64,000 bases of DNA from Vicugna vicugna (lineage: Eukaryota), in assembly GCA_013265495.1 (NCBI GenBank), contig MU058687.1, forward strand, positions 3,722,001 to 3,786,000, read 5' to 3'. The position numbers and the translations under genes were made by a program. Of this stretch, positions 38,771 to 52,900 are shown one piece after another; the first letter of the stretch is position 1, and the number at the start of each line of letters is the position of its first letter. The notes under the pieces are model-generated. The model had not been told where the DNA came from. It ran no database searches and worked only from the letters and a program-made list of their open reading frames with translations.

Positions 38771-41700
38771 TATCATTTATTTTTAATAAATATATTTTAT
38801 TCTCCGTACTTCCTTCAGAACTGTGTGTATCCAGGTAGAAATCAGCAGGCAGTCTCCAGATTGCTTTAATTTTCATTAAGAAGGATTAGCCTTGTAAGAC
38901 AAGGAGGCATTGTGGTTGTCGCCGTGTGTAAACAGAGACAGAAATATTGCCCTCTGGTGAGGTGGAGCTTTGCCTTGTTTTTGATGATACTTAGGTTTCC
39001 CTCTGTACAAAGAGAATCTCTAATTGGTATCATTGGGTTTTCTCTTTTTTCCTAAGGCATTTAGTGGTGAGTAGAACAGCAGAGGTAGAAAAGACCATAT
39101 GCTTTGTAAAAAGCCCGACTAATAACACTTTTTGATGGACGTCTGATTTTAAAAGTGCCGCATCTTTCATTAAAATTTACATATAAAGTAAGGGCAGGCG
39201 CGGTGACATGAAAGCTAATGCAACTTGCACATCTTGACATAATAACAATCACAAGAAACTGGAGATCCCAGATGGCAGCTTGGCCTTTGCCATCCTTTTA
39301 ATAAGCTACTAACTGCTAATTATTTCACTCTTTTTGGCAAGTTAATTTACTGTTGACTCTTAAAGAGATACTGCTCTTTTTTTCCTCTGTGCCACACAAA
39401 ACAGCTCCTTTCACCTGGAGCTGTGACAAGTGCTTCCGTGCAGGTTGGAAGCTTTCCAGCCAGTTGTAACAATGATCACAAGCATTGGGGTGGAAAATGT
39501 CACTGAGTAAACAATATTTTTTTGGGTTCTTTGAATACAGAGCGTTTAAAAAATTCATTTGGCTAAGGATCCATCATGTATGCTTGTGTATGTGTGTAAG
39601 AGCAATAGATCAAGCAGGGAGAAGATCTGAAATTTGGAGCCTATTTAAGAGTAAAAGAACAGCTGCCTTTTAAATGGTTGCTAATTCTGACAATTAATGC
39701 TGCTTTGTGAGTGTGTGATTTTCTGTGATAGCCATTAGGAGGGATGATGGTGTGTAATAGCTCATTTCCTAAGCTTTATGGTAATGTGGCAGAGCAAAGA
39801 CCAGAGAACTGATAGAGAACCAGGTCCCACATGCTCTGGAGCCCTTTTAAATGAAAAGCCTGCAAAGCATTGTTTTTTTCTCTGCTGCAACTTCCTTAGG
39901 ATGATTTTGTATTTTAGCACAGATGCTGATTATTGAATGAATGATGTGCAAATGGGCTTGGATGCATCAGGAGTGAGTGAGTGGAAAAGAACCTTGTTTG
40001 CAACGAGCTGTCTGACAATCAAAATATTTACTTAAAGATAAGCTAATGACTGTTCCTTGCAAATGATGGCAGATCCATTATTGAAATGAGAGTCAGTTCT
40101 TTGGCTTGATACTATCCAAAGATAAATCTCAAACCTCAAATACTAGTGTGTGTGTTTGTGTGTGTGTGTATTACACTTTTCAGCAAATAAAATAAAATAT
40201 GTATCAAATAACAAAGGTAGGAAAATCTCTCAACCTATTTTCTTGAAATATTTTACCTGAATTTTAGTGTGTTACTATAATCAGTTACTCCTTGTTGCCA
40301 TTAAGAATTGCTAAATGGCTTTAAATTGCATTGAAAAAAACACATTCTCAAATTATTGGTGACCTCTCTGAACATGAACTTGATAATGTATTTCATAGTC
40401 TAATATAGCTATAGCAACCCACGTGTTACAGTTGATGGGAGGACTGTGGAACTCAATCAATGCTAACCATTTGCTTATTGTTTAAGTCTAGAGGAACTGG
40501 AAACATTTTAAAATGTTATAGTCCTTTAAAACTGATACATTACTTGGTTTCAAAATAGCCCCAAGGAAAAACGAATGTATGTGAATTTGGGGAAGCTTTA
40601 TAATCTTTCAGAATCTGATATTATATAGTATGTTCAGCCAGATTGTTATGTTCCAAAAGAATTTTGAGAAGTGCCAATAATATTTCAAGAAAAAAGTATA
40701 AAAAAATAAATTCTCAAAACACAGGTTTAAAACAAAATTAAACAGGCTTTTTGACCTTAGGACTTCTCAGAGACTTGTTATAACAATGCAAATTATGAAT
40801 CTCTAAGAAAGAAAATGTAGTTTTCAAAGTTACTCACATTTATTTGATGTGATATTCTTTTTTTTTAATTTACATTTTGAATGAGGATAGCTAGAATTAA
40901 AACTAGTTTTCAGTTGAAAAACTTTGGATAAGGTAATTTTACAGTCCCTTCTGAGACTAATATTACAAACCTTAACGTGTCTAAATTTTGAAAGAGGCTT
41001 TTTGGATTGCCTTCACTCAAGAATCCTTTTTAACTACATTTTCTATTTTGATTGGGAATAGTTTTTTGGATGAGTTAGTTTCAATAGAGAAATTACTGCT
41101 TCCTGGTAAAATGCATAACACAGATGTTAAAACAACTGCAGTTTTAAAGACACGAGTCTTGTTAAAGCACTCCCAGTTTGTGGGAGTTTACCTAAGTACT
41201 TTAATGGATATCCATGTACTGTGTGTAAACAACGCTTCTGATAACAGCCTTCTTAACTCTAGGAAGAGCTGATCTCAGCATAAAATGGGAAAATTACCAG
41301 GAACTTTATTTAAGTCTTATTTGCTTTGGAATTTGGAGCAGGTTAACAGTCACTGCGGTTATTTCTCCACTGTATAGCCAAGGTCATTCATCTTATCACT
41401 GACAGTCTGGCTCTCAATGGCTTTTTTTTCTTCTAGACAGGGAACATGTTGGTTAAAGACATTCTTTCTGGTTAGAATCACTTGTATTTGGATTAGAAAT
41501 CATTGGCTCAGCTAAGGATTTTGTGGCTCTCTTAGTGCAAGGCTAAGGACTTTGTCCCATCTATGTGCTGTCCATTCAGTATGAAGTGGCTGCCACTGAT
41601 CCATGTGCAGTAGACCATTTCTCTGGGGCTGTTAATCTCGTTGTGGTGATGTAGTTTGTTGAGCTAGCCATGCTCTTCTTCATTTCCCCAAGTGACCAGT

Positions 41701-42472
41701 AATGGGCTTTTACAAATGCTTTGGCCAAAACTGTTATAGATAAGAGCCCCAGTTTTAAACTAATTGATCCATGTGGCAATTGAGCCTAGAACACCAAATA
41801 TCTAGGTGTGGGTAATTCTAGTGCATGGTGAGCACTGTGGAGTAGAAAGAGCACTGAGATAAATATCGGGAGCTCAGGGTGCTGGGGAAGAAAACATGGT
41901 AGATTAACGCACTGATGTCAGTGCTTGACACTTCAGTTATATAACCTTGTTAAGCTTCATATCCTAAAAAATGAAATGGGAACAATAATACTACCCATTT
42001 AATGGGGCTGCTGGGAGATCATTGAGATAATGTATGTAAAAGACTTATGCTAGAGCTTGGATCTAACATAGATAAACATTAGTTATCATAAACATTAACA
42101 GTAAGCATTAGTTGTCATCATCGTAAATACGTCTTGTTTGTATCACCATAGGTCTGGGAATTTTGAACAAATTAATCAATCTTTTTGACCTTCTAGTCTT
42201 TACCTGTAAAATGCCTACTTAGTAGGTTTGTTCTGAGTAATAATTGATATCATGCAAGTGAAAATGTTGTGCAAATTAAAATGGCACTTTACCATGTTAA
42301 GGAATTAGTAGTCCATGAGAATACAAGGGCCACAAAATCAGGGGCAGTATCTGTGTTGTTCACCAAGGTATATTCAGTTCCTGTAACAGTGCCTGCCTCA
42401 GAGAGGAAACGGCTCAGTGAATACTTACTGAATGGGTACTAGGAATCACTGAGCTAACAACTCTTAGCGGAG

Positions 42473-42493
42473 TTCAGTATCACGGACAGCCCC
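42473..42493 (+). promoter_or_regulatory. Degenerate RE1/NRSE (REST) motif
   Basis: TTCAGTATCACGGACAGCCCC versus consensus TTCAGCACCACGGACAGCGCC, 18/21 identical with canonical spacing. Confidence 0.5.
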
Positions 42494-42513
42494 AAGTTTC
42501 TCCATAGTACTTT

Positions 42514-43141
42514 TATTTTTTTATTTGTTTAAATTTTTTTAACATTTTTTATTGATTTATAATTATTTTACAATGTTGTGTCAAATTCCAGTGTTCAGCA
42601 CAATTTTTCAGTCATTCATGGACATATACACACTCATTGTCACATTTTTTTCTCTGTGAGTTATCATAACATTTTGTGTATATTTCCCAGTGCTATACAG
42701 TGTAATCTTGTTTATCTATTCTACAATTTTGAAATCCCAGTCTATCCCTTCCCACCCTCCACCCCCCTGGTAACCACAAGTCTGTATTCTCTGTCTGTGA
42801 GTCTATTTCTGTCCTGTATTTACGCTTTGTTTTTGTTTGTTTGCTTTTGTTTTTTAGATTCCACATATGAGCGATCTCATATGGTATTTTTCTTTCTCCT
42901 TCTGGCTTACTTCACTTAGAATGACATTCTCCAGGAGCATCCATGTTGCTGCAAATGGCATTATGTTGTCAGTTTTTATGGCTGAGTAGTATTCCATTGT
43001 ATAAATATACCACACCTTCTTTATCCAGTCACCTGTTGATGGACATTTAGGCTGTTTCCATGTTTTGGCTATTGTAAATAGTGCTGCTATGAACATTGAG
43101 GTGCAGGTGTCATCCTGAAGTAGGGTTCCTTCTGGATACAA
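42514..43141 (-). mobile_element. Relatively young 5'-truncated L1 (ORF2 C-terminus plus 3' UTR) with 15-bp TSD
   Basis: ORF 42854..43291(-) contains the L1 ORF2 end (CTSMFIAALFTIAKTWKQPKCPSTGDWIKKVWYIYTMEYYSAIK). T-rich tail at the left end. TSD TCTCCATAGTACTTT at 42499-42513 and 43142-43156. Confidence 0.95.
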
Positions 43142-45125
43142 TCTCCATAGTACTTTAACACTTTCAGTAGATCTTTGGGCACCTCCATTGCAAAAGAGAA
43201 CCATCACCTCTTCCTTTAGAGCGTCCCATAAAAAAAAAAGCCGTTTGTTGTTTAAGTCTTCAATGGATGTGCTTGCTCTTTTTGTGTGCATAAAGAGCTA
43301 TGGGATTTCCTTATGTTACCTGATAAACTTATATGGGTCATAAAAAAAATTTAGCTAAGAGTTACTTTTTTAAAAAAGCTGATTTGCTTCCCCATATCTT
43401 AGAAGCATATAATTTCAGAGCTTAAAGGGAACTTAAAATTCCTTTAGTCCATCCTACTGTAATTTTTTGGGTGACAAAACATAGGCTGAGAGAGCATAAG
43501 TGCTGTGTTTGTTGCTACACTGATAGTTCATAGTGTTGTTGGGGTTAGACCCAGACCTTCTGACTCCCATGCTATTTTATTTTCCCTCCCACCAAGTTGC
43601 CTCTAACATAACAACCAAGTTGTTGTAGTCATCTTTGCTGCATGAGTGGCATTTGTTATAGATTATCCACAGGCTGCTGAGATCATTATCAATAATGCTG
43701 TGTAAGAAGGATTCTGGAGATATCACAATGCGAACATTCTAAGCAAGGTTGTCTCTTAAATTACTGATGCAACTGATGAGAACTGATGCAACACCAGCTT
43801 TTGAAGTTGTCAGTAAATTGCTCTGACTTTCAGGATTTTATAATGCTTTGTACCACTTATGGATTTGCCCTGTAGACTGCTTTGTCTTGATTGAAGTAAG
43901 ATGGTGACACCAGTTGACTTAAAAAAAGCTTTTACACCATTGTTTTTTTCTTTTTACTGTTCCCATGTTGACATTTATAACAGAGTGGATGCCTGTGAGG
44001 AAATCCACTTGGGACTAATTTTGAAACTGTTACTTAACAATTTTTCCACTTTCTTTCTTTCTTTAATAATAGTTTAGTAATTTTATTTGCATTTTTTTAA
44101 CTAAAAAGGAAAATTTATTTCTGATCAAGTAAGAATGTATTTGTTTTCAAGCCAGTATCATTCCTTTGTTTTCTTTTAAAATTAAGTTTCTCCTTCAGTA
44201 TTAGCCATGTGTCTGATGGGTTCAGTTTAGTACCCTTCCTCTAGGCAACTTTGGGGGTTGATCAGCGCATGAAATCAGCTCTTAAGTTGTTGCAAAATTG
44301 CCTTCCTTCAGACTGTTTTGATCACAAGGGCTCTCAAGTGTCAAAGTCATTTGGAGAACTAGATAGATAAAATGCATGAGCACTAAGTTTTTTTCCAGGA
44401 TAGAATAAATAAATGTGTTTTCTACTATGTGCTCAGCTTTGATAGTGATTTTTTAAAAGGCAAAAAGAAAGGCATGATATTAAATATTTACAAGAGTGAT
44501 TTAGTTGTATTATCTTGTGCTCTGCATCTCTGTTTAATAGTGAAATCAGCTACTGTTGATATAAATGCCATTAAACCAGTGGTCGTGTGAAGGTCACCGC
44601 CTAGGCAAGATTAAAGTAGTTTGTGGAGAATAATGATTTTTGTCAACTTTCCAGATCCCTTCCTGTTTTTGTCGGCTTCCCTCCAAAAATTATAGGAAAA
44701 AAAATACATTTGAGGATTCACAGTTTCACTTTCTCTTTTGCAGCCTTTATGTCCTTTCTGGCCAACCTGCTAGCTGGAAGTCTTTTGTGCTTTTTTTGTT
44801 TCATCCATTTAGTAGACAGAGATAGGCCTGTTCTCCCTAGAGATGAGTGGTTGCATTTCTGTTTACTGGCTCTTCTGTTGGCCCTTGCTTGGCAGTTTGT
44901 TTTAAAGGTGAGGATCAGTGCCTCTTCTTTCTTGGAAATGGTTTACCTTGTCTGAAATGATCCATACATTTCTCTACCAATTCTTCTACCTAAAGCAAAG
45001 ATTTTTTTTTCTACTTTATTTCTCATATCACTTTAAAGAAATCTCTGAATGATTGCATGGCATTAACCCCATTTACACCCACAATAAAACAGAAGTCCAG
45101 GGTTACAAAACTAGTCACAGAACTA

Positions 45126-45357
45126 CAGTTGACCCTAGAACACATGGGTTTGACCTGGGCAGGTCCACTTATACTTGGATATTTTTCAGTAGTAAATGCT
45201 TTAGTACTATAAGATCCATGGCTGGTTGAATCCATGTTTGGGGAACAGAAGACACAGAAGAACCACATTTATGGAGAGCTGACTGTAAGTTGTACATGGA
45301 TTTTTGACAGCACAAATGGTTGTGCCCTTCACCCCTGTATTGTTTAAGGGTCAACTG
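45126..45357. mobile_element. Tigger2/MER8-like MITE inserted in a MIR
   Basis: TA|CAGTTGACCCT ... AGGGTCAACTG|TA, perfect 11-bp terminal inverted repeats. Confidence 0.9.
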
Positions 45358-46029
45358 TAGTAGCAGAACCAAGATGAACTTAGTTTTGCCTGAATCCAAA
45401 GCCTAAGCTGATTTTACGTCCCATATCATCACTTCAATTAATTTTATTGAACCTCAATTTTCTCTTCTGTAAAATGGGGATGATTATACATTATAGTACA
45501 TTTTTAATAATGTAATATAAATATTACATATAGTGTATTATGAATAATACATTATTTTACTTTTGGTAAAATTGAGAGGCAAATGAACTAACATGTTAAA
45601 TGCATAACAAGAGGTCTGGCTCTAGCTACAATTTTAATAAGTAATATATTCCTTCCACTCTTGACAGTAATAATAAAGTAAAATTGAATTTAACTTTAAG
45701 GAATTTAATTATAAGGAATACACGAATAAACATCACTCTTTGTTTTTAAGCTGCTCACAATATAAAAGGAAAGCATCTATATAATGAATTATAAAAGTGA
45801 TGCTTATTTTTTTGTCTTGTTGGGCTTTGTCTATACCAAATGGTGCTTAAAATGTGAGAGCCTTTTTCTGAGGGTAGGTAGTTTTCTGTGAGATTGAGAT
45901 ATTATACTGACGTTGCAGTGGCAGCTACTCATGGCTGTTTCCCTACTAGTGTGTGTTTACTTCATCCTAAAGTCCAGAGAGTGGGTTGGGAATAGAATAA
46001 AACAGAGAGGTACAGGGAAGTAAAGGAGT

Positions 46030-46460
46030 GTTTTAGGGTGGGCTAACTATTATAACAAAACAATTCCCAAATCCCAGTGGCTTAATACTAACAAATGTGT
46101 CTCACTCATACAATAGTTCATTGCAAATTAGTGGATGGTGCAGAAGGGATCTCTGCTCCACACGGTCATTCAGACACCTAGTCACCTTCCATTCTATGGT
46201 ATGTCATTTTCTAGAACCTTGTCTTTCACTGCATTCAGCTGGCAGATGGAGAGAGATGGAGAAAAAGACAAATAGAGAAACTTGAAGAATTTTTTTAAAG
46301 GGTCAAGCCTAGGAGTAGTGTGTGCCACTTACTATTGGCCAGAACTCAATCATATGATCCCATCTAATTGCAAAAGAGGTTGGGGGATGTAATTTAGCTG
46401 TGTGCCCAGGACGAAAGGGAAAGGAGTTTGGTGGATACAGTGGCAGTCTCTGTCCCCGTG
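46030..46460. mobile_element. MaLR LTR (old MLT1 family)
   Basis: ataacaaaacaattcccaaatcccagtggcttaa...attggccagaactcaatcatatg...gctgtgtgcccagga. Confidence 0.7.
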
Positions 46461-47971
46461 GGTGACTTGTGTTCTATTCTTACATCATCTGTGTCTTGCC
46501 TTTTTAACCTTCTCCAGTTTACCTTTAGTTCAAACAAATGAACAAACAAAGAAATAAACAAAATGCCTCCATGGTTTCTATGAGTTAGAGGATCCTTGTC
46601 CAGTCGTTTTTCCCTAATATACATATGTATGATTTTCATTTTAAATAAAACCTTACAAAGTTACAGTAATGTTTCTCAATTCGTAAGAGTCACTCAAGGA
46701 ACTTGTGAAACTAAAGACTCAGTTCTTGCCTTAGGACCACAGAATCTGCAGGTTTAAGTCATTCTTACGATCAGGCAACTTTGAGACACACTTAGTGAGT
46801 CCCAAGGAATATAGCAAACCAAAAAGGAAGCACGTAAGACTTTACTAGAAGTATTTTGTTGTGTTTTATGTAGTTTGAAAGAAGCTTCACATTTAGCTTA
46901 TAAACCTAAGTTTTTACACGTGATTTTTGTTGTAATTTTTGTTTTAAGGGATTTAACCATAATCTTGCATCCATAAACCAAAAGCTAGAAGTGCCTGAGT
47001 TGATAGTGGGGCCAAATGTCTGAGTCACATGATATTACTTTATTCTGATCACTGGATAGGAACATCTCAGCCTGTTTTTCCCCCTCTTTATCACCTAACA
47101 AGGGATACCCTTGATTAAGAGAACTCTCTTGTTACATTAAGACAATAAATAGGAGTCCATGTTTGATAGACCTTATTTTTTATGACTGACTCTTGCATAG
47201 TTAAGTGATGACAACCTATTTTAGCTTTTAGATTTGTATTATCTTATTCTATGCATAGGAAACATAAAAACCATGATATTATGAAATGCACCCCTCTCCT
47301 GTAAATCTGTGCTTTTATTCCTCATAGAGAGCTGTTGGCTCCGTTGTGCTTCTAGAATGGATGTCAGAGTGCAGATAATTCTGGGCTTGTGATTTTTTTC
47401 TTTCTCCTATTTTATCTTCCTCTTTTTGCGTCTTTGTGTGCAAGTCTATGATTACTATTGAGTTTTTTTCCTAAATGCCAGCAATTATCTCACAGGTGGA
47501 GGGATTAGGAAAGAGCTGAGAGAATTGCACTGGGATTAGAATAAGGCTCCCCTCTCCCACCACCTGCTTTAAATATAGTGAAGGAAGGAGTGGAGACATG
47601 GAGGGGGTAGGCAGAACTGGGGGGAGGGGTGGATCATTTGCTTCTGATATTTAAATCCCGAGAGGGAGGGAGGAAGAATCTCCGGATAAAAGAACGCAGA
47701 ATTGAAAACCTCAGCTGGTCTGTGTTTATTGTCTCAGAGGGCTGGGGACGCGGGAAGGCAGGGCAGCCACTTTTCTGTGCCTCTGCGAATTGTTTAACCA
47801 GCCTCTTCATCTGGGAGGTGTTTTGTTTTTGGTTTTGTTTTTTTTGGGGGGGGTCTGACAATTTATTATGGGGGAAGAAGGGAGTCAAAAGGGTCTAATA
47901 TATACCTGGACCAAGAGAACTTCAGTGAGATCTTATCTTTCTTCCCAGCAGGGAATGATTTATTTACCTGA

Positions 47972-48500
47972 TACGTCAGTTAGGATGCTTTCAGCTGCAA
48001 ATAACAGAACTTTCAGCTCAACTGCCTTAAACAACAAAGGGAATTTATGGGCTCAGTCCTTGAAAAGTCTAGTAACTCAAACAATATGACCAAGACCTAG
48101 TGTCTCACTTTACCCATTTTTCGGCTTTGCTTTCTTGGTGTTGGATTCATTCTTGGCAGGTTGCCTCCCCGGGGATCCTGACATGGCTGACGGTCATTCC
48201 CAGGGCGATTTGCTTTTTGGGTCATGAAAATAAACAAGAGTAACTCTTCTCCAGCAATTCAACAAAACTCCTGGAGTAATTGGACTAATTGAGTCACATG
48301 TTTATCTCTGAACCAACTGCTGTGATCAGAGAGATGGCTTTTGCTGGTGTCTTAGGCCAGACTCATGCTCAATTCCAGAACTAAGGGGGAAGAGTTAGCT
48401 TTTCCTGCAGCACATGGGATTCAGTGGGGGAGGCTGGATATTCGACCCAAAACCTGGGGAGTAGGGAAATGGATATCAGGTAATAGAAGCCAACTGCATC
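47972..48500. mobile_element. MaLR LTR (old MLT1 family)
   Basis: gtcagttaggatgctttcagctgcaaataacagaac...gagtcacatg...tctgaaccaa. Confidence 0.7.
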
Positions 48501-49353
48501 TGAATGGAAGAATTTCAAAATCGAAGGCCAAACCCAATTAAATCCTTAATCAAAAATCAGGAAACTGGGTGTGTATCTTTCACTCTCACCATCTGGGCTG
48601 TCAAGTGGTCCTTCTTCATGAGGAGGGGAGTCAACCGGGGAGGGAAGGATATGTGCACCAGCAGAGGCTCCATTTGGAAGCAGAGAGCTGGGAAGGGAAG
48701 GCCACTGGTATCTGGCATCTGTATAATCAGGACGTCAGCATCTTGGGATCTTAGTTCATTGGTGTGAAAAGAGGCAGGGGAAATGTCCACGGGGATGGAG
48801 TGAATGCCAGGCCCAACTTGCTTCAGGTGAAACTGCTCTGATGGCGTCTCCTCCTCCCGCCTTGATCTCAGGCCTCCGCTTAGGTCTCCTGAGGTGGGCT
48901 GGTATTGATGGATAGCTGGGTGAGGCAGCCCTCTGGCCTCAAGTGTGTTTTTCCGGGAGTGGCTCTCAGTGACTGTCCCTTTCTCAAACGCCTCTCCTTG
49001 TTTACAGAGTCTTTCTTTTTAGCTGCTGCTTAATCAGCTGCTGCCCCTTGGCACAGTGACCTCATTCTTAGCCACAGGTTTGTGTAGGCTTTTGAGGTGG
49101 TGCTTCTCCAGTGTCACTGTCGATGTTAGCTCCACCTTGACCTGCGGCCACTACTCTCATCCCCTGCCTTCCACTCCCGTGTCGCCAGGGCCTTTGGCCA
49201 GTGTGGCTGGCAAAACAGAGTGAGTCTTGAGGTGCAGCAGCTGGAAGGATGTGGTCTCCAAACCACGCTCCACCAGGGCAAAGCCCCCTCTTTAATGGGC
49301 GGCTGTGCCTAGCAACAACGTGGCATTTGACCCTTCTCAAGCTGCTCTCTAGG

Positions 49354-49530
49354 CCAGTGCTTCTAACAATTTAATGTGCATATGCATCACCTGGACATCT
49401 TGTTAAAATGCAGGTTCTAACTGGGGGAGGACAGGGGGTCAGGGTGGAGCCTGAGATGCTGCATTTCTAACAAACTACCAGGGAATGCCCAGGATGTTGC
49501 TTGTATGTGGGCCATGCTCTGGAGGAGCAA
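49354..49530. mobile_element. MER5-like hAT-Charlie element
   Basis: cagtgcttct...atcacctgga.atcttgttaaaatgcagg...gcctgagatgctgcatttctaacaa. Confidence 0.8.
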
Positions 49531-49946
49531 GTCTTTAAGGCCACCACCTTGAATGGTCCTGCAAATGAGACCATCTGGTTCTTTAATAAGTCTGGATGCA
49601 AAGGAGGAGAGCCAGCACTCCTTTGAAAGTGGGTGGGAAAGCTGGGACTCAGATTCTTTGGAATCATTTGTTACCTTTAGGCAGCTGAGCAGGTGCCTAG
49701 TGGAATTTAAGCGTTCTCATCCTCCTTGGATGACAGAGGTGGACTGAAAATCTTGGCCTCTGTCTCCATGTCCGATGGTGTATGATGACGCTGGCTTATC
49801 TCCCAGGAACCTGGGGAACATTCAACCATGGCATTTGTGATCAGTATACAAGTGCTGCTTTATCAGCCCCATAAGGAGAGAGACATGGGGGACAGCCTAT
49901 AACTCAGTCTCCAACAGACTCGACTTCATGCTCTTAAAAAAAAACA

Positions 49947-49979
<33 letters not shown>

Positions 49980-52900
49980 AACAAACCTGTGTCTTTAACA
50001 AATCACCTCCTAGACTCATTTCTGGGAGTCCGTACAACTCACAAACTCCCATTCTATGCTGATTGTAATTATCAAGAGGTAAGAACATCAAATGTGTCCC
50101 AGACACAAGTCCTACCCTCTTCCCCAGATTCCCAGGAGTTTCCCCTTGCACACAGTGGTTGCTGTGGGTCCGGGAGGCCCACGGCGGTGATGGCGGTATG
50201 CATTCTTGCCCACGGGGAGCTGAGGCTGCAGCCCTGCACACAGGCTGTCCTCTGGGTATGAACTCAATCAAGTGTGTTCCACAGATGCGGTGCTGATCTG
50301 GCCCTGCCTGTGTTCTGTTGAACCTTATTTGATCTCACTCTCCCTGTTTCTGTATAATCCTCCAGTTGGGATCAGATCTAAACAAAAACATAAAGGAGAA
50401 AACGTTTAAGAAATATAATCTGACAATCTAACAAAGCAGGATATTTAACTGTCTGGTTGACTCCGTTGTTTTATTTGGACTAGAGGGAGGAGAGAAAAAG
50501 CTTGGGACGGCTGCCGGAGGAACAAAAGTGAATTAGGAGGCTCTTATTTCAAGCTGGTTGCCTGTGCCTGTGTTAGCTAATGGATTTATGACAGAGCCTG
50601 GCTCCGATTTGCAGCTGGCAGTGGCCTGGTTTCAGGGGTTTACCTGTTGTCTTCAGAGATGCTGCATAAACAGCTGTAAGTAGAGTTAGGTGTTCAGTCC
50701 GCTTTGGGAAAGCTTATAGTGGGGGGTCTTCGGGCTTCCCCAAGGACTAATCCAGTGGCAGAGAGTCAGAGAAAACTCACACCACTTGGGAGGGGGAGCC
50801 CTCCCCAGGATTTTGTTATTATAGTTACAAATGGAAGTGTTTGAAACTTAAACCTGAATTTAGGCAGTAGGAGGAGAAGCATGGATGGAAATGAATTATT
50901 TATTCCATCACTGGGGTCCCAGAAGCGTGGAGTGGGCCTTAATCTCCTTCGCACAGGAGCCTCTGAGCGGGCTTGAGGTCGTCTGCGTGAGATCTGACCT
51001 TATCTGCTCCTGGCCAGACTCCTCGGCTTCGATTAATTTGCCTTGAGAATAATCCAAATAAGACCCTTTACCTTGCTCTTCCTAAGATGTGAATATTTAC
51101 CTAGCGTGTGGTCAGAGTAGCCAGAAGTGCTTGCGTCTGTGATTTCTTTTAATCCCACAATTTCCCAGTACGTCTGAAGGGAGGGGAGAAGCAGGCGAGA
51201 GCTGACTCCCACCGTTGGTCTGCTAGGTGGCAGGGACATGGCGTGGGTTTCCCTGCAGCACGCTCCAGCCCCTGACCCTGCACAGACATCCAGGGAGGGA
51301 GTTTCTCTGGCTCCCATTTCACTGATGCAGGTTTAAAGAGATTCAGCATCTCACCTAAAACCAACCAGCTCTGAATTATCCTTGCTGGGATTCCAGTCCA
51401 AGCTCTAGTCCTTCCCTTACCTTGCATTCTTCCCACTGCCCCAAGATATCAGATAAAATGAAAACACTTAAAGATGTTCCCCAGTCTAGGAAGAGATAAG
51501 CAAAGAGTTCAGGGGGTTACAACCACCAGTAAAGACAGAACAAAGCTTATTCCCTGTAATTCACAGCCCCCTGTCCTCTTTCTTTCTAGGTTCATAAATA
51601 TTTGTATGTGTAAATTCTATTTTCCTTTCTTTCTTTTTCTGTCCCCTGCTCTTTAGTGAGCACAATAAGTTTTATTAAAAGTTCCCCTCAAGGCTCTTTG
51701 TTAGATTTAGCTTATTCTTGCTAAAACATTTCCGAGACAGTTGCCTTCAGCAAGGCACGGCAGATCTAGGTGCTTTGTATGTTTCTGTCAGTCATCAAGG
51801 CAGCATCTTTGCTTTTATGATGGAGAGAGATGGTGGGGCTTACTTCTTCCCTCCATGGTTGCCACGTTTCAAGGTCCCTGAGCCAGTGTAGACAGCAGTG
51901 TGCATTTGACGGTGCTTTGTGCCTTCATGGTTTCCATGGACTTCAGAGTATTGTTTGTTCCCCTTCTAAGTCCATTTGTTGAGTGTCTGTCCTGGGTGTC
52001 GGAGATTTGAAAATCATGTTAGTGGACAACCAGGAGTTGCCTACCTGAAGGGCACCTGAGCACAGATGAGGGAGGGCGCTGAAGGCATATCAGGCGGGGA
52101 CTTCCGGTACCCGCTTTCTGCTTTTGACTGTTCACCTGCTTCTTTGCACTGAAGACCAAATTCCTGTTTCCTCCATACTTCTCATTCCTTCCTACCACAC
52201 TACCTCAATCCACAGAGCAATCTTGCTGTTCTTTTTAATTGGCTTCTGAATTTCACTATAATACAAACTAAAAACTTCATTGAGTCCCCTACTGGTTATT
52301 AGGGGCTGGGTATGCAGCATGAATAAGACAGACTTGGCCCTTGCTTCTGAGTGCTTATGGTTTGGGGGGAAGACAGCTGTCAAGTGTGTAATTGCAGGAG
52401 CTGTGGATGTTAGGGAAAAAGCATCCCAGAGTGAGTACCCTGGGGAAGTGGAGTGGGGGTTGCCCTCCCTGGCATCTGGAGAGGAGTGATCACCTCTACT
52501 AGATTTCAGCTCTGTTTGAACACGCATCTCTCACGTCCTCCCCCTTGCCCTGGCTGCTGTGTGATAATGCACTCCAGAGCCTTGTGCTCCAACAGCCATA
52601 CTGCGTCATGTTGTGGAGCCTTATTAAATTTCTCTTTGTTCTCTGATTGTCTCTGTCATCTTGACCGCCTTGATATACTATCTTTTGTAGGACTGCAGAC
52701 AAATAGACTCTGTTCTCCATATGTCACTCTCCCGATGAGGCACTTTTAATGCCCGCACCACCCCACCCCCCTTACCCGTAAGGATGTCCAAGCTCCTCAG
52801 CCTGGCATTCAGTATGCCGCAGGTTTGGTCTAACCTCAACTCCCATCCCATTTATGAAACCCTTTGCCAGAAACAGGCCCTGCTAACTCAGGACCCTCCC

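Noticed and set aside
42854..43291. 145-aa ORF on the minus strand
   Set aside because: L1 ORF2 C-terminal remnant fused to flanking DNA; not a host gene.
51220..51233. CTCF-like motif CTGCTAGGTGGCAG (a similar one lies near 38948-38960 on the minus strand)
   Set aside because: A mismatch in the core; such matches are expected by chance in 64 kb without ChIP data.
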